IMG/VR virus record: IMGVR_UViG_3300027834_000005
Span: 248,001 to 312,000 of that record
DNA length: 64,000 nt
Direction: 5' to 3' (one strand)
Shown: piece by piece, positions 1 through 9,786 of the stretch
How positions within the stretch are numbered: position 1 is the stretch's first letter
Layout: every line of letters starts with the position of its first letter
The notes under the pieces: model-generated
The model's database searches: none
Told to the model about the DNA's origin: nothing
Seen by the model: only the letters and a program-made list of their open reading frames with translations
Program-made: the position numbers and the translations under genes

Positions 1-6
1 GACTCT

Positions 7-543
7 GTGAAGGATGTCGTGTCCACAGTCTTTGACTGGGACAGAGAAATGATGGAAGGCGCAACGCCTGAGTCAAGAGAATTTAGGGATGCAGTCGATC
101 AAGACTGGTCCGATATGTTAGGCGTAGAAATGTTTTCTCCTAGAAAAGCCATGCAGATGGTTGGCACGGATACGTTTAGAAATCACTTTAATAATAATAT
201 CTGGGTTTATAATACGATGCGTCGTGCGTCAAAGTACGAAAATACAGTAATCAGTGACGTAAGATTCGTCAATGAAGCTAACGCAATATTAGATGCCGGT
301 GGAGTTTTGATAAGAGTGTTTGGCAGCAAGACACCGTCGTGGTATGATGTGGCTCAAATGGCTGCTGAAGGCGACGAGATCTCTGAAATGTACATGGAGT
401 CCCACTATCCACACGTGCACAGAAGTGAATGGGATTGCGCAGCAGTAGAGGCCAATTACGTGATTGAGAACACCGGCACCAAGGATGATCTTAATAGTGT
501 AGTACTTGAAGTGCACGAAAGTGTGGAGGCTGTTAGACAATAA
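7..543 (+). CDS. deoxynucleoside monophosphate kinase (T4 gp1-like), probably 5'-truncated by the window edge
   Basis: VISDVRFVNEANAILDAGGVLIRV motif and MQMVGTDTFR are typical of phage dNMP kinases; the P-loop would lie upstream of the window. Confidence 0.75.
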   Translation: MKDVVSTVFDWDREMMEGATPESREFRDAVDQDWSDMLGVEMFSPRKAMQMVGTDTFRNHFNNNIWVYNTMRRASKYENTVISDVRFVNEANAILDAGGVLIRVFGSKTPSWYDVAQMAAEGDEISEMYMESHYPHVHRSEWDCAAVEANYVIENTGTKDDLNSVVLEVHESVEAVRQ

Positions 544-578
544 CCTATTCTGTTTGGGGTAGGTTTGAAGACCATTAT

Positions 579-586
579 GATAAATA
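579..586 (+). promoter_or_regulatory. late promoter motif GATAAATA upstream of tail sheath
   Basis: Resembles T4 late TATAAATA; recurs upstream of virion genes. Confidence 0.75.
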
Positions 587-620
587 CCTGTAGATTTTAT
601 AAACTATTAGGAGATTATCA

Positions 621-3353
621 ATGGCAAATCTTGTGTCACCAGGTTCACTGGTAACAGTCACCGATGAAAGCTTTACGGTTGGTACAGGTCCAGGCACTGT
701 TCCACTTATCTTTATGGCTACGGGCCAAGATAAATTGAACTCTGCTGGGGACGGTATCGCTGAAGGAACAACAAAGCAAAATGCCGGTAAATTATTCTTA
801 ATTTCTTCTCAGAGGGAATTATTACAAACATACGGACTACCCGACTTCAATGAAGTAGGCGGTAATTCACTAAACGCATTCCCATTAAATGAATACGGTC
901 TTTTGGCTGCGCATTCATATATGGGCATTGCAAACAGAGCTTATTGCTTAAGAGCAGACGTAGATCTAGACCAAATGGTGCCTTCTGATGTGCCACCTAC
1001 TTCATCGCCTACAAGCGGAACTTACTGGTTAGATGCTAATGGCGTCGATGCTGGAATGTTCGTTAGAGCTTCTGGAACATGGGTTAAAACTTCCGTTTAC
1101 ATGTACGATGGGATCGTTGACGAAAATACTGGTGCCCCTTTAGCTGCGCCTAACAACGAAGAATATGTAATGGTTGTCGGTAAAGTGGATATCACTACCG
1201 AAATTATTGAAAACCAAATCTGGAGACAGGTTGCTGGTGTTGGATACGTTAGAATGAACGACCAAACTATCTCTGAAGATCTTCAGTATAGTAAAGTTTG
1301 GCCTTCACTTCGTAGCAACGCAACTGCTCTTGTTGACGGTGACTACTGGATTAGCACGGACATTGCTGAGTACGACTTAAGCGTTTATAGCGCGACAAGT
1401 GGTAGTTTTGTAATTCAAACTGCTCCATTATTCGAAACAACTGCATTAGCTAATGACTTCTACGGAACTCCGGTAGCTGGCGATTTGTTCGTACAGTACA
1501 ACTCTGAAGATTTAGATCCAGCAACTTCTACAGTTTTCCAACATGCTATTCGTAGACATAACGGTAAAGCTACAGTTGAAGTTATTTCTACTCATCAGTT
1601 CTCTGTAACAAACCCAATGATCGCATCTGTTAGTTTTAACGGTGGCGCACCTATCGCTATCAACGAAATTACTGCACAAGCTGCGGCATTATATATTAAC
1701 CAAGCCTTAGTAACTCAAGGTAGCACAAACATCGAAGCTAGAGATGCAAACGGAACATTAGTTATTGCTGAACTGAATGGTGATGATTTAGATATTGACG
1801 TTACAAGCGGAAGCATGGGTATCCCATCAGACGTATATAGTAACTGGGAATCTTTATCTTATGAAGCTTCTTTATCTGCTCCTATTGGTGACCTTCCAGA
1901 AGGTACGCTTTGGTATAGCGCTGATTTTAAAGCTGATGTTATCATTGCTAACAATGGTGCTTGGGAAGAACTTCCATGGCCTGTACATGTACAGCCTGAC
2001 GCTCCAACAGCTCAATTTGAAAATGAAGTATGGATTGATTCAGATCAACTTTCTGATTATCCTGTGATGTATAAGTCTGATAGCTCTCTTAAGTGGGTTC
2101 TAGTAGACAATGCTGACCAGAGTACTCCAAACGGTGCTGTATTCGCAGACGCTAGACAAGAGCCATTGTACCCAGAAGGTCCAGTAGTTCCACCTCTACC
2201 TGTTATCACTCCGTCTCAAACTGCTAACTCTTTAGATAGTGACGCGCCTGACGCATTAGCTTACCCTACTGGTATCCTATTGTTCAATACACGTTACTCT
2301 ACTCGCGTAGTTAAAGAATGGAAACATGACCATGCTTATAAAATTGGTGATGGTCCATCTGCAATTGGTGATCGTTGGACATTGAAATCTGGCTTAAGCT
2401 ATGATGGATCTTTGATTACTGGTAACGACGCTATTAAGCAAGTTGTTGTTGAAGCTATGGCTGCTGCTATTGCGAGTAACGATGACATTAGAGCTGAAGC
2501 TGTGTTCTATAACCTAATCGCTGCACCTGGATATCCTGAGTTAATGGACGAGATGGTTGCATTGAATATCGACAGAAAAGAAACTGCATTCATCCTTGGT
2601 GATACGCCAATGACATTGAAGCCAAGTGGTACTGCTCTACAAGAGTGGGCATCTAACGCTAATGTTGTTCCTTCTACTGGTGATGACGGTTTAACTACTT
2701 CTGATGAAAATTTAGGTGTGTTCTATCCTTCTGGATTAGCGACTAACTTAGACGGTAACGAAGTTGTTGTTCCTGCTTCTCATATGGAACTTAGAACTTT
2801 CGCGTATAATGATCAAGTAGCTTACCCATGGTTTGCTCCAGCTGGTCTACAACGTGGCGTTATTCAGAATGCTTCAAGTGTTGGTTATGTTGATGATGAA
2901 GGTGAATACGTTGCAGTATCCTTGAACGAAGGACAACGTGATGTACTTTATACTAACAGCCTTAACCCTATCAGAACTATTCCTAACAGTGGCGTAGTAA
3001 ACTGGGGTCAAAAAACTCGTAGTCCTGTTCCTAACAGTGCATTGTCCAGAATCAATGTGGCTCGTTTGATCAACTATATGAGATATCAATTAGATCGTTT
3101 GGTTCAGCCATTCATCTTTGAGCCTAATGACGCACAGACTCGCGGTAACGTGAAGACTGCTGTAGATTCATTCATGGCTGAGTTGGTAACTCTACGTGGC
3201 GTAACTGACTTCGTAGTTGTTTGTGATCAAAGCAATAACACTCCAGATCGTATTGATCGTAATGAGTTGTGGATTGACATCGCAATCGTGCCTACTAAAG
3301 CAATTGAATTTGTTTATATTCCTATTCGTATTAAGTCTACTGGCTCAATCTAA
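621..3353 (+). CDS. gp18: tail sheath protein (gp18-like, 910 aa with large insertion)
   Basis: N-terminal LVSPG and C-terminal sheath domain (WFAPAG..RG, INVARL, FIFEPND..TR, IDRNEL.IDIAIVPTKAIEFVYIPI); AGGAG RBS. Confidence 0.95.
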   Translation: MANLVSPGSLVTVTDESFTVGTGPGTVPLIFMATGQDKLNSAGDGIAEGTTKQNAGKLFLISSQRELLQTYGLPDFNEVGGNSLNAFPLNEYGLLAAHSYMGIANRAYCLRADVDLDQMVPSDVPPTSSPTSGTYWLDANGVDAGMFVRASGTWVKTSVYMYDGIVDENTGAPLAAPNNEEYVMVVGKVDITTEIIENQIWRQVAGVGYVRMNDQTISEDLQYSKVWPSLRSNATALVDGDYWISTDIAEYDLSVYSATSGSFVIQTAPLFETTALANDFYGTPVAGDLFVQYNSEDLDPATSTVFQHAIRRHNGKATVEVISTHQFSVTNPMIASVSFNGGAPIAINEITAQAAALYINQALVTQGSTNIEARDANGTLVIAELNGDDLDIDVTSGSMGIPSDVYSNWESLSYEASLSAPIGDLPEGTLWYSADFKADVIIANNGAWEELPWPVHVQPDAPTAQFENEVWIDSDQLSDYPVMYKSDSSLKWVLVDNADQSTPNGAVFADARQEPLYPEGPVVPPLPVITPSQTANSLDSDAPDALAYPTGILLFNTRYSTRVVKEWKHDHAYKIGDGPSAIGDRWTLKSGLSYDGSLITGNDAIKQVVVEAMAAAIASNDDIRAEAVFYNLIAAPGYPELMDEMVALNIDRKETAFILGDTPMTLKPSGTALQEWASNANVVPSTGDDGLTTSDENLGVFYPSGLATNLDGNEVVVPASHMELRTFAYNDQVAYPWFAPAGLQRGVIQNASSVGYVDDEGEYVAVSLNEGQRDVLYTNSLNPIRTIPNSGVVNWGQKTRSPVPNSALSRINVARLINYMRYQLDRLVQPFIFEPNDAQTRGNVKTAVDSFMAELVTLRGVTDFVVVCDQSNNTPDRIDRNELWIDIAIVPTKAIEFVYIPIRIKSTGSI

Positions 3354-3384
3354 TAAGTATAATATATAATAATAAGAACTTCAG

Positions 3385-3406
3385 ACCCGCTACGGCGGGT
3401 TTTTTT
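3385..3406 (+). terminator. intrinsic terminator after tail sheath
   Basis: ACCCGC-TACG-GCGGGT hairpin with a cUACGg loop, followed by a T run. Confidence 0.85.
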
Positions 3407-3410
3407 ATGC

Positions 3411-3439
3411 TTGCGTATAAGTGAAATTTGTTGTAATAT
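3411..3439 (+). promoter_or_regulatory. possible sigma70 promoter
   Basis: TTGCGT-17 nt-TAATAT just after the terminator. Confidence 0.4.
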
Positions 3440-3468
3440 TACCGACATTATGTATTGGGAGAAATAAT

Positions 3469-3840
3469 ATGTGTATTAAAGAATACGCAATCAAAGAATT
3501 TAACGAAATTGCTTGTCTTTATGGAACAGATAAAGATGAAGGCGTGATAGAAGCCCTAATGGATAGGCTAAGCACGTTAGTAGAATATTTGTGTCTATGT
3601 AAAGAGAACCATGTTTTTACGGAAGCTGATAAAAAGCTAGTGAAAGACTTTATGGTTACAGGGTATGATCTCAAAAATGGATCTGTGGAAGATATGATTG
3701 AGCCTTTTCCAGATTATTTAGTGGTAGTGCCAATTTTGGTATTGGTGTTACGCTGGCATAAAATGCCTTTGGGAATGGCAAGCCGTGCATTCAAAGATGT
3801 CTTCCATCCTGTGTATGGCGTTTTAATACTTGATGATTAG
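3469..3840 (+). CDS. hypothetical protein
   Basis: ORF with GGAG RBS before ATG 3469 (start moved from 3421). Confidence 0.6.
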   Translation: MCIKEYAIKEFNEIACLYGTDKDEGVIEALMDRLSTLVEYLCLCKENHVFTEADKKLVKDFMVTGYDLKNGSVEDMIEPFPDYLVVVPILVLVLRWHKMPLGMASRAFKDVFHPVYGVLILDD

Positions 3841-3888
3841 CTATTAAGTTGAATATGATATATACTTGTCTAAAATTAGGAGATACCC

Positions 3889-4512
3889 ATGGATCTACAG
3901 CGTCGATATTCACCCAATGCAGTAACTACTTTACTGTCCATAAATGCAGCAGTTTTTATTTACACGTTCTTCTTCGGTAATATGATGGATTATGCCGCGT
4001 ACTCATGGGTACATGAAAGTTTCAAACTAGAAATGGTATTCACACATATGTTCGTACATAGTGGAATACTACATTTCGCATTCAATATGTTAGGTCTGTT
4101 TATGTTCGGTTCCCTAGTTGAGATGCGCTTGGGAACGGGACGATTCTATATGATGTATTTCCTCGCTGGACTATTTGCATATTTCCTCCATTGCGCGTTA
4201 GGTAGTCCCGCTGGTGGTATGGTAGGGGCATCTGGTGCCATAATGGGAGTATTAGGCGCATTCGTAGTTCTTAAGCCCAAAGAAAAGATCATCTTTATTC
4301 TGTTACCTTTTTGGCCAATCGAGGCTTGGAAGTTAATGTGTGCGTTAATGCTTATTGAGACTGTAATGGGATTTACCGGCGTCATGTCAGGTATTGGTCA
4401 CTTCGCTCATGTCGGTGGATTCATAGTAGGTGTGTCTACGATGTTAATATTGTTCGAAGGGCATAGATATATGTTAATCCATAGTATTAAGGTAATGCTT
4501 AAAAGAACTTAA
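3889..4512 (+). CDS. rhomboid family intramembrane serine protease
   Basis: Multiple TM segments; HMFVH..ILHFAFNM, catalytic GASG and AHVGG motifs; AGGAG RBS. Confidence 0.9.
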   Translation: MDLQRRYSPNAVTTLLSINAAVFIYTFFFGNMMDYAAYSWVHESFKLEMVFTHMFVHSGILHFAFNMLGLFMFGSLVEMRLGTGRFYMMYFLAGLFAYFLHCALGSPAGGMVGASGAIMGVLGAFVVLKPKEKIIFILLPFWPIEAWKLMCALMLIETVMGFTGVMSGIGHFAHVGGFIVGVSTMLILFEGHRYMLIHSIKVMLKRT

Positions 4513-4518
4513 CGATAT

Positions 4519-4541
4519 ATGGCCACTCAGATGGCCATTTT
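4519..4541 (+). terminator. possible terminator after rhomboid gene
   Basis: ATGGCCA-ctcaga-TGGCCAT hairpin followed by a short T run. Confidence 0.45.
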
Positions 4542-4570
4542 AATGCCGACTGATAAAACTCCTCCAAAGT

Positions 4571-4578
4571 GATAAATA
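4571..4578 (+). promoter_or_regulatory. late promoter motif GATAAATA upstream of tail tube
   Basis: Exact motif about 33 nt before ATG. Confidence 0.75.
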
Positions 4579-4611
4579 CTGGTAGTATATATTAACGGAG
4601 GAAAGACATAT

Positions 4612-5259
4612 ATGTCTACTTTATCAAAATTCGGTGTACAGGTTGCTCCTGGCGTTGGCGGTATTTTACAGCCTAAACTACCTTATAGATTCAGAGTTAG
4701 GTTCTATGGGTTCGGTGTATCTGGCGCAGACACATCCAAGTTAGTTCAGAATGTAGAATCATGTTCAAGACCTAAATTCAGCCAAGAACAAGTTGAAGTT
4801 CATTCTTATAATTCAAGAATTCGCGTTGGCTCTAAAGTTGACTGGGATGAATTGACCTTAGTAGTAAGAGATGACATTACGAATGGTTCTGTATCTTTAA
4901 TTGGTCAGCAAATTCAGAAACAATTTAACTTCTTTGAACAAACTAGTGCTATTGCTGGTAACGATTATAAGTTCAGAATGGAAATTGAATCATTAGACGG
5001 TACTCACGGTTCTGCTTTAGAAGTATGGAACGTAGAAGGCGCATGGTTAACAAGTGTTGAGTATGGTCAAGGCGATTACACTAGTACTAGTGAATCACAG
5101 AAAGTTACTATGACTGTTCGTTTCGACAACGCAACTCATGTATCTGGTAATAACGAGAACGTTGTGACTGATGGCGGTGATCCATTCACTCAGGAAGATC
5201 AAACCGTAATCGGTAACTTAGGTAACGCATTAGGCGGATTTGGCGATCCTACAACCTAA
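4612..5259 (+). CDS. gp19: tail tube protein (gp19-like)
   Basis: Follows sheath; YRFRV, RP..SQEQVEVH.YNS, WDELTLVVRDD, W.VEGAWLTSVEYG pattern. Confidence 0.88.
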   Translation: MSTLSKFGVQVAPGVGGILQPKLPYRFRVRFYGFGVSGADTSKLVQNVESCSRPKFSQEQVEVHSYNSRIRVGSKVDWDELTLVVRDDITNGSVSLIGQQIQKQFNFFEQTSAIAGNDYKFRMEIESLDGTHGSALEVWNVEGAWLTSVEYGQGDYTSTSESQKVTMTVRFDNATHVSGNNENVVTDGGDPFTQEDQTVIGNLGNALGGFGDPTT

Positions 5260-6575
5260 TGGGCATACTTAATTCACTTGGTGGTGCCGTATCTAAGGGT
5301 GCCACTAGCCTATGGAATGATTTAACAGGTGCCCAAGTAGAGTTATTCTTCAAAGACTCGGAGCAAACATCGTTTGACTTCGGGCAGAAGAGCGCATACT
5401 ACTTGGACGGACAACCACGTCTTAAATTCCAGTATTTCGCAAAGATAAAACTTAACCCTTTAGCCACTGATGGTAATGGTGATAAGTTTGTTGATCAGTA
5501 CTTGAATAAAGACGAAGTTGCCATGTTAGTTCCACTTGTCAGGTCGGTAGAATTACCTTCAATGACCATGGACACTAATATGCTGAACCAGTATAATCAC
5601 TGGAGAACATCTCAGACTAAGATTAAATTTGAGCCTGTTACTATGGAGATGCATGACGTCGCCGATGGTAAGACTCTTAGATTTTGGGAGATGTACTACG
5701 AGTATTATTTCAAGGATAACTTCTTAGATCTAAGTCAATTACCGAAAGAAACTGCTAAAGATTTTGATTCTAGCGGTAGTATATTGGACAGTGGAAGCGC
5801 ATACCTAGACTCAATAGTACATGGAGATAGCGAGGAATCTTTTGGTGGGGAATCTACCCCTACAGATCCTAAACTTTCTTTTGTTGATGGCACGCCAGAA
5901 TACGCTCAGCCTAATGCATATTCCGAAAAGTTCGATCCTATGCACGGTTTTAACTTAGAAACAGTCAAAAATCAAAAACATCTAATAGATTACGTTGAGA
6001 TATACCAGTTTCACGCCGGTAGATGGTCCGTGGTGCATTTAGTTAAGCCAGTGATCTCCAAGTTCCAACATGATACGCTGAGCTATGAGGACACTTCAGA
6101 CACCGCCAAGATGACATTCACTTTCGAATACGAATATGCTCTTTATCATAACTACTACACATTGTTTGATGAAGATGACACGAGAGAGAAGACTGGCGCT
6201 AAAGATTATTTCAAATTTAGTAATGGGTTGGAAATTGATCATCCGCCTAACTCGTCTGATTTCAATATTAGAAAGCGTAGAGCTGGTGATGCACCGGCAC
6301 TAAAAGAAGAATTTGGTACATTACCCAATGAGAGTTTATTAGGTAATCTAGTTTCCGACGTATCGGACATATTAACAACGTCTCCAGATAAGATAGGTGA
6401 TGCGGTTGTTAAAGGTGTTACCACAGGTGAGTGGGAATCCCCGATTGACGTTGAATCTATAAAAAATAGTTTCAAAAACAAAGGCGTTAATGGCATACAG
6501 ACCATAAGTACTAAAAACCTTAAGGCTACAGCGTCAGGATCATCTAAGGCTTTTGTAGATTTTAGGAGAACGTAA
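5259..6575 (+). CDS. tail tube-like / baseplate-tube junction protein
   Basis: Tube-fold-like pattern (VRSVELPS, NQYN, FEPVTMEMHD, MTFTFEYE); coupled to tube gene. Confidence 0.6.
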   Translation: MGILNSLGGAVSKGATSLWNDLTGAQVELFFKDSEQTSFDFGQKSAYYLDGQPRLKFQYFAKIKLNPLATDGNGDKFVDQYLNKDEVAMLVPLVRSVELPSMTMDTNMLNQYNHWRTSQTKIKFEPVTMEMHDVADGKTLRFWEMYYEYYFKDNFLDLSQLPKETAKDFDSSGSILDSGSAYLDSIVHGDSEESFGGESTPTDPKLSFVDGTPEYAQPNAYSEKFDPMHGFNLETVKNQKHLIDYVEIYQFHAGRWSVVHLVKPVISKFQHDTLSYEDTSDTAKMTFTFEYEYALYHNYYTLFDEDDTREKTGAKDYFKFSNGLEIDHPPNSSDFNIRKRRAGDAPALKEEFGTLPNESLLGNLVSDVSDILTTSPDKIGDAVVKGVTTGEWESPIDVESIKNSFKNKGVNGIQTISTKNLKATASGSSKAFVDFRRT

Positions 6576-7024
6576 TGGCTGAACGATTCAGTACGCAATT
6601 CTTAAAGCAGCAAGGTGCTAGGAGGAAAACTGTTGAAGACGCAGGACGCCTAGTGAATACGTTTCAAGACAGAAAAGGTTTTGAGCACGCACTTAACGCT
6701 GCTAACACTGCATTAATGGATAAGACGTTAGTGTCTTCTTCTCTAAATTCGGAGCAATACTTTTTTGCAAAGAGTTTTTTTCAGCAAAGAGGTTTAACTG
6801 AGACCACTGCCGCGACCATGGCGGTCCTATCTATGGATGCCGCTAAAATAATGGAAGTTAGCGTTATGGTATTCTTGGAACCAATGAGAAAGAACCCTGA
6901 TGCCAATCTGGATTTTGAAGCCTACGTAGCTGCTAATTTATTCAGACCAAACTCATCGCAGCAAACATACTTATTGCAAAAAGAAAATGTTAATAGCTTG
7001 CGTAGTAGAGACATTTTACCGTGA
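6575..7024 (+). CDS. hypothetical protein (virion cluster)
   Basis: Coupled ORF (TAATG overlap). Confidence 0.65.
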   Translation: MAERFSTQFLKQQGARRKTVEDAGRLVNTFQDRKGFEHALNAANTALMDKTLVSSSLNSEQYFFAKSFFQQRGLTETTAATMAVLSMDAAKIMEVSVMVFLEPMRKNPDANLDFEAYVAANLFRPNSSQQTYLLQKENVNSLRSRDILP

Positions 7025-7446
7025 GTAAGACACTAAAAGGTTTTTTTGAAGCAAAGAATGTTGGTAAGACTGGCACACCTAGGCCATATTACAAATCTTC
7101 ATGGGAGTTAGCTTTCATGAGGATGTGTGATGAGCATCCAGCTATCGTAAGTTGGGCATATGAGCCGATTAAGATCCCATATATGAATCCCTTCACTCAT
7201 AAGAGCACAGTGTACGTACCTGATTTTCTGGTTGTCTTTGTAGATAAACAGCAGAACCAAAAAGTACAGCTCATTGAAGTAAAACCATCCAAACAAGCAC
7301 ATATTGGCAATGCTAAGTCCAAAGATGATAAGTTGCAGTTAGCACTTAATGCGTCGAAATGGGAAGCAGCCAGTAAGTATGCAAAATCACATGGTATGAC
7401 GTTCAGAATAGTAACTGAATACGATATCTATAGAAATCCAAAATAA
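7021..7446 (+). CDS. gp4: head completion nuclease (T4 gp4-like, TnsA-N PD-(D/E)XK fold)
   Basis: YKSSWE..FM..CD....I..W..E...IPY, Y.PDF, LIEVKP motifs. Confidence 0.82.
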   Translation: MSKTLKGFFEAKNVGKTGTPRPYYKSSWELAFMRMCDEHPAIVSWAYEPIKIPYMNPFTHKSTVYVPDFLVVFVDKQQNQKVQLIEVKPSKQAHIGNAKSKDDKLQLALNASKWEAASKYAKSHGMTFRIVTEYDIYRNPK

Positions 7447-7481
7447 TCATCCCACGTTATTATGTCATTGTCTTTACGTGG

Positions 7482-7489
7482 CATAAATA
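7482..7489 (+). promoter_or_regulatory. late promoter variant CATAAATA
   Basis: 20 nt upstream of ATG 7510, with a GAGG RBS in between. Confidence 0.6.
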
Positions 7490-7509
7490 ATGACATAGAG
7501 GACACAGTC

Positions 7510-8004
7510 ATGACAAAAAAATTAGCAGAAACCTTAAATTTAGCAGACCCTGAAGATATGGAAGGAAACGAGCCTGAAGATATCAGAAGCGTTGACGACG
7601 TATTAGAAGAAGCGGAACTCATCAAAGAGGAACTAGCAACGACTGATAAAATAGACAATGCTCTAGCTTCTGTTGAGAGTTTACAACAACACGACGTTGA
7701 GATGGATGACATTGCAGAGAAAGCATTACAGTCATATAAAGATCTTTGTGACTTGAGTATGAATATGCAAGATAACTACGTTGCTAGGCTATATGAAGTA
7801 TCTAATGGAATGTTGAATACGGCATTAAAGGCTAGAGACTCGAAAATAAACAGAAAATTAAAGACTATTGAGCTGCAGATGAAGAAGATGAAGTTGGATA
7901 GGGACATTGGCGGCGACGATCCTAAATCGCAGAGCGCATCAGGCGCACAGTTCGACAGGAATGAGCTTCTTAAGTTGATTAAAGACAACAGCGACAAAAA
8001 GTAA
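7510..8004 (+). CDS. helical virion-cluster protein, possible small terminase subunit
   Basis: Coiled-coil-rich and late promoter; function inferred from size and position only. Confidence 0.4.
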   Translation: MTKKLAETLNLADPEDMEGNEPEDIRSVDDVLEEAELIKEELATTDKIDNALASVESLQQHDVEMDDIAEKALQSYKDLCDLSMNMQDNYVARLYEVSNGMLNTALKARDSKINRKLKTIELQMKKMKLDRDIGGDDPKSQSASGAQFDRNELLKLIKDNSDKK

Positions 8005-8023
8005 CGTATGTTTGGTTAATTCT

Positions 8024-8031
8024 GATAAATA
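8024..8031 (+). promoter_or_regulatory. late promoter motif GATAAATA
   Basis: Exact intergenic motif upstream of ORF 8060. Confidence 0.75.
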
Positions 8032-8059
8032 GTAGTAAAATTAAAGGACTTTATTTGCC

Positions 8060-8719
8060 ATGCAACAGTTTGTTGATTACTACAATGCTAATAAAAAGCA
8101 ATACAAATACACCATAAAAATTGCCCAGAACGATTTAAGCGCAAATGATGCCTCGACTCTGGAGCAATATCTAGAAAGATATAATCTTCTTGAATTTAGC
8201 CCATTCAGAAAAACCCCTATCCAACAAAACCCTATCGATTTTCCTAACGTGAGAGACTGTGAAGTTTATATTAACGACATCATCGTTGAATATCCTATCA
8301 CGCCTAATGCTTTACATAGAGAAGTGTCTAGTGCCATGGGTATCAATGAGCAAAGCATTGCCATTTACTCTGAGAATGATCCTCGTAAACAATACGAAGA
8401 AGAATGGTTGGAAAGAGTAGTAGGTAATGAAGAATTCAAGGATAAGTATAAGTCTAAGTTAGGTAGTCCAGAAAACTGGGAAGTAGAGCCTGCTTACGGC
8501 GAAGATTACAATAACGAATTCCTAAAAAGCTTAAATAGTGTTAGCGATAAGACTGAAGAAGTTAATAACGCACTTAGTCCTAAAGAGAAGAGAGATAGCG
8601 AAAAAGCTAAACCTGCTGAATTTGATGGCGAAGGTACGGACGCAGTGTTGAATGATAGATGGAGAAATGCTACTGAATACTCCCCTAGAAAGAACACCTT
8701 AATGTCTAAGGGCGACTAA
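8060..8719 (+). CDS. hypothetical late (probably virion) protein
   Basis: ORF with AAGGA RBS and late promoter. Confidence 0.65.
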   Translation: MQQFVDYYNANKKQYKYTIKIAQNDLSANDASTLEQYLERYNLLEFSPFRKTPIQQNPIDFPNVRDCEVYINDIIVEYPITPNALHREVSSAMGINEQSIAIYSENDPRKQYEEEWLERVVGNEEFKDKYKSKLGSPENWEVEPAYGEDYNNEFLKSLNSVSDKTEEVNNALSPKEKRDSEKAKPAEFDGEGTDAVLNDRWRNATEYSPRKNTLMSKGD

Positions 8720-8720
8720 T

Positions 8721-9215
8721 ATGGATCTGCAACGACTATTGTTATTATCTGGCCAAGGCGAAATGACTGAAGAAATTGTTTCTGAAGGAAAAGAACGTTT
8801 CGAATCACAGGCTGAAGATTTCTGGAATGAGCATATCATAGACAGGGATGAGATGATCGATAGTTACGAAGAGCTATATAGTTATGCTAACAGCGAACAT
8901 AATATTGACAACACTAAGTTAGTGGCCGTTAAATCTGATATTGACGATTTCACATCTGAATTAGCAAGCAAAGGCGACAAAGCCGGTATGGCAAGTAACG
9001 GCGAGAAAGCTATGCAAATGGTTTATGATGGATTGGCACAGATGGACGGCGGCGACACTGGTGAAGGTATAGAAACCATAAAACGAGCGTATAATATTGC
9101 AAAGGCATCATTAATTAGTTTTGATGAATTTGTGAGTGAATACAGCAATGACATATTGAATAGTATGGCAGACCCCTACGTGGAACATGGTGTAGACGGA
9201 AGCGATTTTATTTAA
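8721..9215 (+). CDS. acidic putative internal head protein
   Basis: N-terminal MDLQRLLLLSG motif; Glu/Asp-rich. Confidence 0.55.
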   Translation: MDLQRLLLLSGQGEMTEEIVSEGKERFESQAEDFWNEHIIDRDEMIDSYEELYSYANSEHNIDNTKLVAVKSDIDDFTSELASKGDKAGMASNGEKAMQMVYDGLAQMDGGDTGEGIETIKRAYNIAKASLISFDEFVSEYSNDILNSMADPYVEHGVDGSDFI

Positions 9216-9223
9216 GGACACAC

Positions 9224-9382
9224 ATGAGTAATTTTCAAGGTAAAGGCGATTGGCAAAGACCAACGCAAGTAAGTATGGCTGAAAGCGATTTACGCTGGGA
9301 GCTAATGAGTAGCAAGACTACTCAGGAACGTAAAGAAGAAATTTTATTAGTACTTGAATGTATGAAAGAAGAAAAAAAATGA
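9224..9382 (+). CDS. small hypothetical protein, 52 aa (not in ORF track)
   Basis: AAGGA RBS; MSNFQGKGDWQRP...; fills the gap exactly and overlaps the next ATG (ATGA). Confidence 0.65.
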   Translation: MSNFQGKGDWQRPTQVSMAESDLRWELMSSKTTQERKEEILLVLECMKEEKK

Positions 9383-9765
9383 GACTAAATGAATTTATAA
9401 CTGAAGGTAGAGTGGTAGGGTTAGATACGGAATACGTAGACGTCTCTGGTACATCTCTTAAAGGAAAAATTCAAGTACCATATCAAGCATTAGTTAATAT
9501 GTTTGGTGAGCCACAATCCTTCTATGATGATCCTCAATCGGATGTTAATGTCATGTGGGAAGTGGAACTGCAATATCAGGATGACACTACTGAGTACGGT
9601 GAAGGTCATGAATATGATACTGCAGCTACAACGATTTATGATCGTAGATACGATTATGATAAAGATAGGCGCATAGATCCAAATTCTATTACGGAATGGA
9701 ATATTGGTGCCAGATCTAACAACGAAGCTTGGATGCTGGAAAAATACATACGCAGCAATAGCTAA
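9379..9765 (+). CDS. putative internal head protein, phage GTSL.G..FGEP family
   Basis: Starts MRLNEFITE (start moved from 9358); GTSLKG...LVNMFGEP...EW.IGA pattern seen in T4-like hypotheticals. Confidence 0.55.
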   Translation: MRLNEFITEGRVVGLDTEYVDVSGTSLKGKIQVPYQALVNMFGEPQSFYDDPQSDVNVMWEVELQYQDDTTEYGEGHEYDTAATTIYDRRYDYDKDRRIDPNSITEWNIGARSNNEAWMLEKYIRSNS

Positions 9766-9786
9766 AATAAAATAAAGGATATTTTA

